Positions 49,289 through 58,356 of a stretch of DNA of 64,000 nt are shown here, one piece after another. The position numbers and the translations under genes were made by a program. The DNA comes from Patescibacteria group bacterium (lineage in GTDB: Bacteria > Patescibacteriota > UBA1384 > CAJBMM01), in contig JBAZWC010000002.1 in assembly GCA_041660565.1 (NCBI GenBank), positions 287,484 through 351,483 on the forward strand. The letters are read 5' to 3'. Position 1 is the stretch's first letter. Each line of letters starts with the position of its first letter. The notes under the pieces are model-generated. The model saw nothing but the letters and a program-made list of their open reading frames with translations, was not told the DNA's origin and did no database searches.

Positions 49289-50074
49289 ATGTGGAAAAGA
49301 TTTCGGTCTCAAATTATTATTACGATAGTTTTGATTGTGCTATTATTTTTGCCAACCAGCTGGTCTAACTCGGTTCGATCTGGCATAAAAACTGTTATTA
49401 CTCCAATTGTAGAGCCAATTTATCAAAGCAGTACATACTTACGCAAAATCTCAATAACATTATCCGGATTATCCAGTTTGCCCGGACAAAACGATCAGCT
49501 TTCGGCCGAGGTATCTAGGCTGTTGGTTGAAAACGCGCGGTTGCAAGAAGTTGATCACAATAACACCGTGCTTAGAAACGAATTAAACATCAATCAAACT
49601 TCTGGTACTAGGAAACTGGTTGAGGCAAGAATTACATCGCGTAGTACTTATGTATTTCAAGATAAGATATCCATAGATGTTGGCAGTAATAACGGAATCA
49701 AAGTTGGCTTTCCGGTAACCAGTAGCGGTGCATTGGTTGGGCGGGTAACTGTGGTTAGTGGCAATCAATCCGAAGTGGAATTGGTTACCAGTAGCACTGC
49801 GGTAACACAGGCCCAACTGCAACAATCACGAATGACCGGTATTGTACGGGGCGGTTTAACGGGGTTAGTGTTAGAAAATATCCCGCAAGACACCAAGATT
49901 AACGAAGGCGAAGTAGTGCAGACGAGTGGGTTGGGCGGTTTCTTGCGCCCCGGCTTATTAATTGGCACCGTGTCCGAGGTTATCTCAAAAAAGAATAATG
50001 TATTTCAATCCGCGCTAATTTCCCCAACGGTCAGTATTAGTCGTTTAGACACGGTTTTTGTGGAATTGCCATGA
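49289..50074 (+). CDS. mreC: Rod shape-determining protein MreC
   Basis: N-terminal TM helix, coiled-coil, C-terminal beta domain. It follows mreB. The context GGATTGTTTATG is shared with ftsA. Confidence 0.8.
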   Translation: MWKRFRSQIIITIVLIVLLFLPTSWSNSVRSGIKTVITPIVEPIYQSSTYLRKISITLSGLSSLPGQNDQLSAEVSRLLVENARLQEVDHNNTVLRNELNINQTSGTRKLVEARITSRSTYVFQDKISIDVGSNNGIKVGFPVTSSGALVGRVTVVSGNQSEVELVTSSTAVTQAQLQQSRMTGIVRGGLTGLVLENIPQDTKINEGEVVQTSGLGGFLRPGLLIGTVSEVISKKNNVFQSALISPTVSISRLDTVFVELP

Positions 50075-50568
50075 AAAAAACCAGTCAAATTATCAGTTTT
50101 GGGTGGTGGTTGATTTTGGCGATATTCCAAGTTGGGGTGGTGGTTAACTGGCGAATAGATGGCATGGTGCCAAACATCATTACCATCGCGATTGTAGTTT
50201 TGGTGGTGCAGAAAAATCAAACCGTGCCGTGGATCAATATTTTGGGGGCAAGTGTGGTGCTAGACACTGTCAATAACATTAGAATTGGCGAATCGGCTTT
50301 TGCGTTAATTATGATTTTGTTGATGCTGGAACTGGTTAAAAGCCGGTTCGTTCGAGAAGGATCGGTCATCTTTGCTATGGTCGCTTTGTTCTTAACCTCA
50401 GCGATTTTTGATTTCATTATGACAATATTATCCGCCCCGTCATCAATTTCGCTTAGCCGGTTAATTGGTAACGGGGTGTACTCTTTAATTATTGGGATGC
50501 TTATAATTGGTTTGTTTACTTTAAGTCAGGATTGGTTTAAGGCCAAAAGTCAGATGAGGATTGAGTGA
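50071..50568 (+). CDS. mreD: Rod shape-determining protein MreD (polytopic membrane)
   Basis: Position between mreC and PBP2. Five hydrophobic helices. Overlapping start and stop codons. Confidence 0.7.
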   Translation: MKKTSQIISFGWWLILAIFQVGVVVNWRIDGMVPNIITIAIVVLVVQKNQTVPWINILGASVVLDTVNNIRIGESAFALIMILLMLELVKSRFVREGSVIFAMVALFLTSAIFDFIMTILSAPSSISLSRLIGNGVYSLIIGMLIIGLFTLSQDWFKAKSQMRIE

Positions 50569-52496
50569 GTATATTTGATCAATATGAAAACAGCACCGAC
50601 CAGATAGATCATAGCGATGTGGTAGATTATCGTTACACCGATCCGGAGAGTGAAGACAATCCGGAAATGGCAGAAAAACCGAGTAGTCATCATTATCGAG
50701 GATTCGTTTATCTATCATTGCTGATTTTTGGATTGTTAATATGGCGTTTAGTGGATGTACAAATTGTACAAGGAACAAATAACGCCGTGTTGGCCAAGGC
50801 GAATAGTGTTCGTCAGGTAATTAATCCGGCAAAACGGGGAGGTATATTTGACAGTCGCGGGGTGTGGTTGGCTCGAAACGTAGCTACATTTCAAGTTCAA
50901 CTTACCCCCAGCAATTTGCCGAAAAAGTTATCCGACCGAAACAAGGTTTACGATCAGATAACGAATGCACTTGGCTGGACAGAGGCCGAAAAACAAAGTC
51001 AGATCACGCAAATTGAAAAAAAGATATTGGTTAGCATTGAAGCAATTGTGCTTAAAGATGAAATGACCAGGGACGATGCCTTAATTTTGACCGAAAAGTT
51101 AAATAATATCGACGCGGTGGCAGTGGTTCCAACCAGTATTCGGCAGTATAACAATCCAACAAATGGATTATCGTTTATTTTGGGATATGTGGGTAAAGCA
51201 AACAATGATGATATTATTAACGGCTCGTATCATCTAAATGATACGGTGGGCAAAAACGGTTTGGAATCGAGCTATGATATTCAAATGCGCGGAACAGACG
51301 GGGTAATCCAAGAGGTAGTAGATAGCCGTGGAAAAGTTTTACAGGCCCTGAACGATAGTAATTCCGCCCCGGTTTCTGGTAATAATTTGGTTTTAAAAAT
51401 CGACAACAAATTGCAAAACATCATGTACACCGAACTGTCAAAAGGATTGCAGACAGCGGGGATTACCTCTGGCGTGGCAATTGCGATGGACCCGCGTGAC
51501 GGCGGTATTTTGGGCATGGTGTCGTTGCCCGCGTACGATAATAATTTGTTTGCCAACGGTGTGTCTAGCGATGTCTATCAAAAATTATCCACCGATCCGA
51601 CCAAGCCGTTATTTAGCCGGGCCACTCAGGGTACTTATCCTTCTGGATCAACCATTAAACCGTTTGTGGCCTCGGTTGGGCTAAATGACGGGGTAATTAC
51701 CGAAAATACCAAAATTGATACTCCTCCCGAGATTACCATTGGTCCTTGGCGATTTCCAAACTGGCAGAATAAATTAATTACAGGTGTAGATGTTAAGAAA
51801 GCTATTGCAGAATCGAATGACATTTTCTTTTATGCTGTTGGGGGTGGATATGACAAGATTGGTGGGCTTGGTGTAGATCGGTTGTCTAAAGGATTAGGAC
51901 TGTTTGGATTTGGCAAGAAGACCGGCGTAGATTTGCCATCGGAGTCGACCGGGTTAATTCCAAACGCCGCTTGGAAGAAAAGCTACAAAGGAGAAAGCTG
52001 GTATATTGGCGATACTTATCACATGGCCATCGGGCAAGGTGACCTGTTGGTAACGCCATTGCAGTTGGTTACGGCGTTGTCGGCTGTGGCAAATGGCGGC
52101 ACGCTATATCAGCCCCATATCGTCGACAAAATTATGGATGATAATGATAAGGTGGTATCAACCATTAAGCCAACAGTTGCGTCAAGCAATTTTATTGATC
52201 CCAAAAATATTCAGATAGTACGCGAGGGGATGCTGCTGACCAACACCAGCGGATCTGGGCGGTCATTGGCTACTTTGCCTGTGCCATCCGGAGGAAAGAC
52301 CGGTACGGCGCAGGTGGGGGCAAATAACGAGTATCTAAACGCTTGGTACGAGGTTTTTGCGCCGTATGACAACCCAACCATCGCATTAGTGGTATTGGGC
52401 GAAAAAGGCCCGCTAACCAACGAAGGTAACTCAACCGCTGTGCCAGTAGCCAAAGCGATTTTGCAGCAATATTTTAGTCCGGATTATAGTAAATAG
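50565..52496 (+). CDS. mrdA: Penicillin-binding protein 2 (elongasome transpeptidase)
   Basis: SxxK (STIK), SxN (SND) and KTGTA motifs. N-terminal TM helix. Confidence 0.88.
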   Translation: MSIFDQYENSTDQIDHSDVVDYRYTDPESEDNPEMAEKPSSHHYRGFVYLSLLIFGLLIWRLVDVQIVQGTNNAVLAKANSVRQVINPAKRGGIFDSRGVWLARNVATFQVQLTPSNLPKKLSDRNKVYDQITNALGWTEAEKQSQITQIEKKILVSIEAIVLKDEMTRDDALILTEKLNNIDAVAVVPTSIRQYNNPTNGLSFILGYVGKANNDDIINGSYHLNDTVGKNGLESSYDIQMRGTDGVIQEVVDSRGKVLQALNDSNSAPVSGNNLVLKIDNKLQNIMYTELSKGLQTAGITSGVAIAMDPRDGGILGMVSLPAYDNNLFANGVSSDVYQKLSTDPTKPLFSRATQGTYPSGSTIKPFVASVGLNDGVITENTKIDTPPEITIGPWRFPNWQNKLITGVDVKKAIAESNDIFFYAVGGGYDKIGGLGVDRLSKGLGLFGFGKKTGVDLPSESTGLIPNAAWKKSYKGESWYIGDTYHMAIGQGDLLVTPLQLVTALSAVANGGTLYQPHIVDKIMDDNDKVVSTIKPTVASSNFIDPKNIQIVREGMLLTNTSGSGRSLATLPVPSGGKTGTAQVGANNEYLNAWYEVFAPYDNPTIALVVLGEKGPLTNEGNSTAVPVAKAILQQYFSPDYSK

Positions 52497-52518
52497 GCTC
52501 CGCCCGTAGGCTGATTAG
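52496..52518. repeat. Family E repeat fragment E3
   Basis: GGCTCCGCCCGTAGGCTGATTAG. Confidence 0.65.
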
Positions 52519-52561
52519 AAGTCGCGAAGGGGATCGAACGATGCAACGGAGGACAAATCAG

Positions 52562-54160
52562 CTATTTAATCGCGGCTTTGATGAACTGTTTGAATAACGG
52601 GTGGCCGGTTTCTGGGCGGGATTTAAATTCGGGATGAAACTGACAACCAACGTAAAATGGATGATTTTTTAGCTCGATAATCTCCACAATGCGATCGTCG
52701 GGCGAAGTGCCGGCAATCACCAACCCGGCCTCTTCCAGTTTTTGGCGATACAAATTATTAAATTCAAAACGATGGCGATGGCGCTCCGAAATCAACTCTT
52801 CCCCGTATGCCATTTTGGAAATCGATCCTTCCTTCAGCTGACACGGATATGCGCCCAGCCGCATGCTGCCGCCGTAATTATGTTCCAGCATCTTTTTTTC
52901 TTGGTCTGGCATAATGTGAATAACCGGATGAGCAGTTTTAGGATCAATTTCGGTGGTGTGGGCATCTTTTAGCTTAGCTACGTTTCGCGCGAATTCAATT
53001 ACGGCAATTTGCATTCCATAGCATAAACCTAAATAGGGGATTTTGTGCTCGCGGGCATACTGTGCCACCGCGATTTTCCCTTCGACACCGCGGTTGCCGA
53101 ATCCGCCCGGTACCACAATGCCATCAAATTGCCTTAACTCTGGCAGTTTGGATGGATTTTTCTCAAAATCTTCAGCATTAAGCCATGTTAATTTTGGTTT
53201 GCATTTGTTTGCCCAAGAGGCGTGTTTTAGTGCTTCAATAACTGAGATGTACACATCCGACAGCACAAAATCGCCGGTGGAAAAGTATTTGCCTAAAATG
53301 CCAATGTTTACTTCTTTGGTGTAGGTATTGATTTCTTTAACCCAGTTGCTCCACGACACCAGATCATCTTTTCGTACTCGCAGATGCAATTTACGTAGAA
53401 TTTTTTCGCCCAGTTGCTGGTCGTTGTAAGTATCCGGTACGGCATAAACACTTGGCGCATCCGGAGACGAGATAATGTCTTCTTGCGACACATTACACAT
53501 CATACTCATCTTGCGCTTTCGCGGCTCGTCTACCGGTTGCTCACTTCTGGCCAAGATAAAATCCGCCTGCAAACCGGCGGCATTTAACGAATGAGATGCG
53601 TATTGAGTTGGTTTGGTTTTCATTTCGCCAATACTCTTGGGGATCGGTAGGTAACTGACTAAAATACACAGAACATCTTTTGGGTGGGCCAATTTCATCA
53701 TTCTAGCGGCTTCCAAAAATAAGATGTTTTGATATTCGCCCACAGTGCCACCAACTTCGATAATGACGATATCGGCTTTAGCTTTTTTGCCGGCATTTTT
53801 AATTCGTTTAATCACTTCCTCTGGAACGTGTGGCACCACTTCTACACAATGACCATTATATTCCAAGGCGCGTTCGCGCTCGATTACGGTTTTATACACC
53901 CGTCCGGTGGTCATGTAGTTATAGGATAAAATGTCTTCATCCAAAAAACGCTCGTACGAGCCGATGTCTTGGTCAGTTTCGTCACCATCGTCGGTGACAA
54001 AAACCTCGCCGTGTTCAATTGGGTTCATGGTACCGGCATCAACATTGACGTATGGGTCAATCTTTACTGCGGTAACGGCTAGCCCTTTGCTTTTGAGAAT
54101 TTTGCCAATGGATGCAGCAGCTGTGCCTTTGCCTACTCCACTCATTACCCCGCCGGTCAC
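52562..54160 (-). CDS. pyrG: CTP synthase
   Basis: N-terminal VTGGVMSGVGKG. Glutamine amidotransferase triad region GLCYGMQ. Confidence 0.93.
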   Translation of the reverse strand: MTGGVMSGVGKGTAAASIGKILKSKGLAVTAVKIDPYVNVDAGTMNPIEHGEVFVTDDGDETDQDIGSYERFLDEDILSYNYMTTGRVYKTVIERERALEYNGHCVEVVPHVPEEVIKRIKNAGKKAKADIVIIEVGGTVGEYQNILFLEAARMMKLAHPKDVLCILVSYLPIPKSIGEMKTKPTQYASHSLNAAGLQADFILARSEQPVDEPRKRKMSMMCNVSQEDIISSPDAPSVYAVPDTYNDQQLGEKILRKLHLRVRKDDLVSWSNWVKEINTYTKEVNIGILGKYFSTGDFVLSDVYISVIEALKHASWANKCKPKLTWLNAEDFEKNPSKLPELRQFDGIVVPGGFGNRGVEGKIAVAQYAREHKIPYLGLCYGMQIAVIEFARNVAKLKDAHTTEIDPKTAHPVIHIMPDQEKKMLEHNYGGSMRLGAYPCQLKEGSISKMAYGEELISERHRHRFEFNNLYRQKLEEAGLVIAGTSPDDRIVEIIELKNHPFYVGCQFHPEFKSRPETGHPLFKQFIKAAIK

Positions 54161-54232
54161 AAAAATAAATTTGGCGATTTTGCACCTCCATTCTTAGTTT
54201 TGAGTATAGTCGAATTACTGTTTGCGTCAACT

Positions 54233-54261
54233 ATTGACAAACCCTAAACCCATCCCTATAT
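54233..54261 (+). promoter_or_regulatory. Sigma-70-type promoter TTGACA-17-TATATT in the greA leader region
   Basis: TTGACAAACCCTAAACCCATCCCTATATT. A second -10-like element GGTATAAT lies at 54296. The leader hairpin TAACGCGAAAGCGTTA at 54336-54351 sits just before the RBS. Confidence 0.45.
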
Positions 54262-54366
54262 TACTAGAGTAAATAATGTCCTATTATAATTAAGGTATAA
54301 TAATTTAGTTGACCTTGTATGGTCGCTTTTTAAGTTACGTAACGCGAAAGCGTTAGAAAGGTTGAT

Positions 54367-54837
54367 ATGGCGGATGCTGTATATTTAACCAAAGAGGGTT
54401 TGGAAAAAATCGAGGTTGAGCTGAAAGAGCTAAAGACAGTTAAGCGTAAAGAAGCAGTTAAACATATTCAAGAAGCAAAAGAATTTGGTGATTTGTCGGA
54501 AAACAGTGAATACGAAGACGCAAAAAATGAACAGGCGTTTGTTGAAGGCCGTATCTCTGAGCTAGAGGATGTGGTTCGTAAAGCAAAAATAATTGATTCT
54601 AGGGGAAAATCCGATCAAGTGGTAGGTTTGGGCTGCAAAGTGGTAGTAACCGTTGATGGTGGTGACGAAAGCTATACTTTGGTAGGCGCAACCGAAGCAA
54701 ATCCACGCAAAGGCGCTATCTCGGTTGAAAGCCCAACCGGAAAAGCGTTGCTTGGTGCCAAAAAAGGCCAGAAAATTGTGGTGTCTGCTCCGGCGGGTAA
54801 AATTGAATATGTGATCAAATCTGTCGAGTCCATCTAA
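54367..54837 (+). CDS. greA: Transcription elongation factor GreA
   Basis: LTKEGLEKIEVELKELK coiled-coil N-terminus, C-terminal FKBP-like domain, 156 aa. Confidence 0.88.
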   Translation: MADAVYLTKEGLEKIEVELKELKTVKRKEAVKHIQEAKEFGDLSENSEYEDAKNEQAFVEGRISELEDVVRKAKIIDSRGKSDQVVGLGCKVVVTVDGGDESYTLVGATEANPRKGAISVESPTGKALLGAKKGQKIVVSAPAGKIEYVIKSVESI

Positions 54838-54883
54838 TCTCTGTATTCCATTCTCCGTTACTTTTTGTTATTCTCGAAGATGA

Positions 54884-56404
54884 ATGGCGGAGTTGATGGT
54901 AGAGAAAAAAGAAGAAAATGACCTAATTAAAGCACGGGCTGAACATCTTAAATCCCTAATTGATTTAGGGGTTGATCCTTTTGCTAGCCAGAGTGAAAAA
55001 ACGCATAGTATTAAACAAGCGTTGGATTTGTGGCAAAAAAATCAGAAAGCTTGGGGGAAAGACGTTGGATCTCCGGTAGAGGACGCAGATAAATTAACGC
55101 TAGCGGGCCGCGTTACCGCGCTTAGAGGCCACGGCGGGGCTACTTTTGTGGATATTGAAGATGGTGTAGATAAAATCCAACTCCTAGCCAGTCAATCTGC
55201 GCTGGGGAAACAGTACAACTTGTGGGAGTTATTTGATTTAGGTGATTTTGTGGAAGTGTCTGGGCGATTATTTATTACCAAACGTGGCGAAGTCACGCTA
55301 CACTTAGATCATTTTAAATTGCTAACCAAATCGCTCCGTCCGCTACCCGATAAATGGAGTGGGCTGGAAGACACCGAAAAACGCTATCGCGAACGCTACG
55401 CCGATTTAATTGCCAACCCAGAGGTTAGGCAAATCTTCCGTACGCGAAGCGCAATCGTCGCCAATCTGCGAGCGCAGCTGGAATCAAACAATTTTATGGA
55501 AGTAGAGACACCAATTTTGCAATCTTTAGCCGGTGGTGCCACCGCCAAGCCGTTTATCACGCATTACAACGCCTACGATGCCGATGTGTATTTGCGCATT
55601 GCTCCCGAGCTGTATCATAAGCGGTTAGTGGTGGGCGGGTTTGAGCGAGTTTACGAGTTCGCCAAATGTTTCCGAAACGAAGGGGTAGATCATTCTCATA
55701 ATCCGGAATTTACCAACCTCGAGTTTTACGTGGCCTATTTTGACTATCAAAAACTGATGGCGTTTAGTGAAGAGATGATTCGTAAATTGGTAAAAGAGGT
55801 GATGCAGTCGGATACCACGCAATACAAAGATCACAAGATTAATTGGGCGAGACCGTTCGAACGGATTACCTTTAGAGATGCAGTAAAACATCATACCTCA
55901 ATCGATATTTGGGCGGAAACAGAGGATAGTTTACGCGCCAAACTAAAATCACTCAAAATCGATACGCCACGGTCAGCTGACTTTGGCCGAATGTGTGATT
56001 TACTACTTAAACATATGGTGCGACCAAACATTATTCAGCCTACCTTTATTATCGATCACCCGACCGTCCTGTCGCCGTTGGCAAAAAGTAAAAACGATAA
56101 AGAGGTGCAGCGATTTCAACTTTTGGTGGCTGGGGAATTTGAGCTATGTAACGCGTTTTCAGAGCTAAACGATCCGAATGTGCAGAGAGAGCGCTTTGAA
56201 AATCAGCAAAAACTGCGTGAAAAAGGCGATGAAGAGGCGCAAAGTTATGACGATGATTTTGTGCGTGCATTAGAGTACGGCATGCCGCCGACAGCCGGGT
56301 TTGGAATGGGAATTGATCGCTTGTGCGCGTTGCTAACCAACTCGAACACACTTAGAGAGGTAATTTTATTCCCATTTATGAAACCGAAAGGGAAAAATGA
56401 TTGA
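54884..56404 (+). CDS. lysS: Lysine--tRNA ligase (class II)
   Basis: OB-fold anticodon-binding N-domain. Class II motifs FRNEG and GMGIDR. Confidence 0.92.
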   Translation: MAELMVEKKEENDLIKARAEHLKSLIDLGVDPFASQSEKTHSIKQALDLWQKNQKAWGKDVGSPVEDADKLTLAGRVTALRGHGGATFVDIEDGVDKIQLLASQSALGKQYNLWELFDLGDFVEVSGRLFITKRGEVTLHLDHFKLLTKSLRPLPDKWSGLEDTEKRYRERYADLIANPEVRQIFRTRSAIVANLRAQLESNNFMEVETPILQSLAGGATAKPFITHYNAYDADVYLRIAPELYHKRLVVGGFERVYEFAKCFRNEGVDHSHNPEFTNLEFYVAYFDYQKLMAFSEEMIRKLVKEVMQSDTTQYKDHKINWARPFERITFRDAVKHHTSIDIWAETEDSLRAKLKSLKIDTPRSADFGRMCDLLLKHMVRPNIIQPTFIIDHPTVLSPLAKSKNDKEVQRFQLLVAGEFELCNAFSELNDPNVQRERFENQQKLREKGDEEAQSYDDDFVRALEYGMPPTAGFGMGIDRLCALLTNSNTLREVILFPFMKPKGKND

Positions 56405-57650
56405 TATTCAACTTATTCGCGAACATTTAGACTTGGTCAAAAAAGGACTGACAAAAAAGCAAAGCAATCCAGAGCTGGCCGTTGACGCTTTCAAACTAGA
56501 CAAAGAAAAACGACGCTTGCAAACCGAAGTCGAAGCTTTTCAATCTAACTTGAATCAGGTGTCAAAAGAAATTGCCAAAGAGTTTGGTCAAAAAAAGGTT
56601 GATTTACTTAAGCAGGCGAACCAAATTTCGGAACAGATTGACAAGCATCGCCCGCATTTAGACGCGCTTGAAAAGGATTTGAATGAGGTGATGGCGCAAA
56701 TTCCAAATATGCCCCTTGACGATGTTATTGCCGGACATTCCGATAAAGATAACAAAGTTGCCTACAAAAAAGGCGATGTACCAAAATTTGGGTTTACAGT
56801 TAAAGATCATATTCAGTTGGCGGCAGATTTAGATTTAATCGAATTTGATGCGGCGGCCAAGTCTATGGGTTCACGTTTTGCGTATCTTAAAAATGAACTA
56901 GTAGTGCTTGAATTTGCTTTAATGCGCTACGGGCTAGATCAGGCGATGAAAAGTGGGTTTAAGCCCATTCTGCCTCCAATTTTATTAAATCGAGCGGCAA
57001 TGGATGCGGCGGGGTATTTGGGACAAGCCGAAGAAGAAATTTACAAAACTCAAGATGATTTATATTTAGCGGGCACCGCCGAACAGCCCCTGTTAGCTCT
57101 GCACGCTGGGCAAATGCTCAAAAAAGAAGATTTACCGTTAAGATACGTTGGATTTTCCAGCTGTTTTAGGCGTGAAGCTGGCAGCTATGGTAAAGATGTA
57201 AAAGGCATTTTACGTATGCATCAATTTCAAAAACTGGAACTATTTAGCTTTGTAGAGCCCGAAATGGCCGAACAGGAACACAAAAAGATTTTAGAGTTAG
57301 AAGAAAAACTAATGGCCAGTCTAGACATTCCGTATCAAGTAATCGACATTTGCGCGGGGGATTTAGGTTTTCCGGCCGCCAAAAAATGGGATATTGAGGC
57401 GTGGATGGCGGGGCAAAACACTTATCGCGAAACGCATAGTTGTAGCAACTGCACCGATTTTCAAGCTAGACGGATGAATATTCGGTATAAAGATGAAAAA
57501 GGCACGCGATTTGTTTATACCTTAAACGGCACTGTTTTTTCCGAACGCCCGCTAATTGCCATTTTAGAAAATAATCAACAAAAAGACGGTTCAATTAAGG
57601 TACCAAAAGTTCTAGCGCCTTACACCGGGTTTGATGTTATAAAAAAATAA
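56397..57650 (+). CDS. serS: Serine--tRNA ligase
   Basis: N-terminal coiled-coil arm, class II core, 417 aa. Overlaps the lysS stop. Confidence 0.9.
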   Translation: MIDIQLIREHLDLVKKGLTKKQSNPELAVDAFKLDKEKRRLQTEVEAFQSNLNQVSKEIAKEFGQKKVDLLKQANQISEQIDKHRPHLDALEKDLNEVMAQIPNMPLDDVIAGHSDKDNKVAYKKGDVPKFGFTVKDHIQLAADLDLIEFDAAAKSMGSRFAYLKNELVVLEFALMRYGLDQAMKSGFKPILPPILLNRAAMDAAGYLGQAEEEIYKTQDDLYLAGTAEQPLLALHAGQMLKKEDLPLRYVGFSSCFRREAGSYGKDVKGILRMHQFQKLELFSFVEPEMAEQEHKKILELEEKLMASLDIPYQVIDICAGDLGFPAAKKWDIEAWMAGQNTYRETHSCSNCTDFQARRMNIRYKDEKGTRFVYTLNGTVFSERPLIAILENNQQKDGSIKVPKVLAPYTGFDVIKK

Positions 57651-57652
57651 TT

Positions 57653-57848
57653 CCTCCTCGTCCGCCCGCTGGGCACCTTCTCCTCCACCCTCCTTCGCAA
57701 TGCTTCGGAAGGGCAGGGAGGAGAAGGGCTTTTCTGGTATTTCCCTCTCCTCTCAGAGAAGAGGGTGACCGTAGGCCGGCCACCGGCTCGTAGACCCTCC
57801 GGGCGTAAGTCCTACGGGCTGGAGCCTACGGCTCGGAGAGGTGAGGAG
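57653..57848. repeat. Composite palindromic repeat: family D (inverted) fused to a family E module (D3/E4)
   Basis: CCTCCTCGTCCGCC..CACCTTCTCCTCCACCCTCC..GGAGGAGAAGGG..CCCTCTCCTCTCAGAGAAGAGGG..CCTACGGGCTGGAGCCTACGGCTCGGAGAGGTGAGGAG. Confidence 0.8.
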
Positions 57849-57907
57849 TCTTGTATATAAAAGAACAGGACCGAGACGCGCGATGGCGTCCCGGTCCGAA
57901 AGCGGAG

Positions 57908-58141
57908 CTACTTCTCCAGCTCCTGCATGATGTGCTTGAAGTCGCCGTCGTCGAGACGTCGCGCTATTCGGTCGAATTTGCCAGCGACGTCCATTGGATC
58001 TGGGCCTTCATGTATAACAATATCTCTTCCGTCGACCATCTTGACCCTAATGTTGCTCAGGCCGGGTTGTGCTAGCGTCTGATCGGCATAAAACGGCTCG
58101 ATGCAATCGACATAGTCAGAGTTGATAACGAGCCTCTTCAC
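57908..58141 (-). CDS. Hypothetical 77-aa protein on GC-rich micro-island I6
   Basis: GTG start (or an internal ATG). The region between the repeat composite and repeat C4 is GC-rich. Confidence 0.4.
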   Translation of the reverse strand: MKRLVINSDYVDCIEPFYADQTLAQPGLSNIRVKMVDGRDIVIHEGPDPMDVAGKFDRIARRLDDGDFKHIMQELEK

Positions 58142-58299
58142 ATGCGGGACGCCTTAGGCCTTGGGCTCGCGCACGTCCACAACCGTAAAGAACGCCATTT
58201 TGCTCACCCCCTCCTTGTCGCCACGCCTAATCTGGTGTATCTTTAAGGCGTAGGTGACAGTGATATTATTACACTATTTTACGATTTATGTCAATAATT

Positions 58300-58330
58300 T
58301 GTAGGGCGGACACACGGGTCCGCCCCTACA
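58300..58330. repeat. Palindromic repeat family C, copy C4
   Basis: TGTAGGGCGGACACACGGGTCCGCCCCTACA. Confidence 0.8.
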
Positions 58331-58356
58331 CAGGTCGTGATGTAGCGAAAGGAAAT

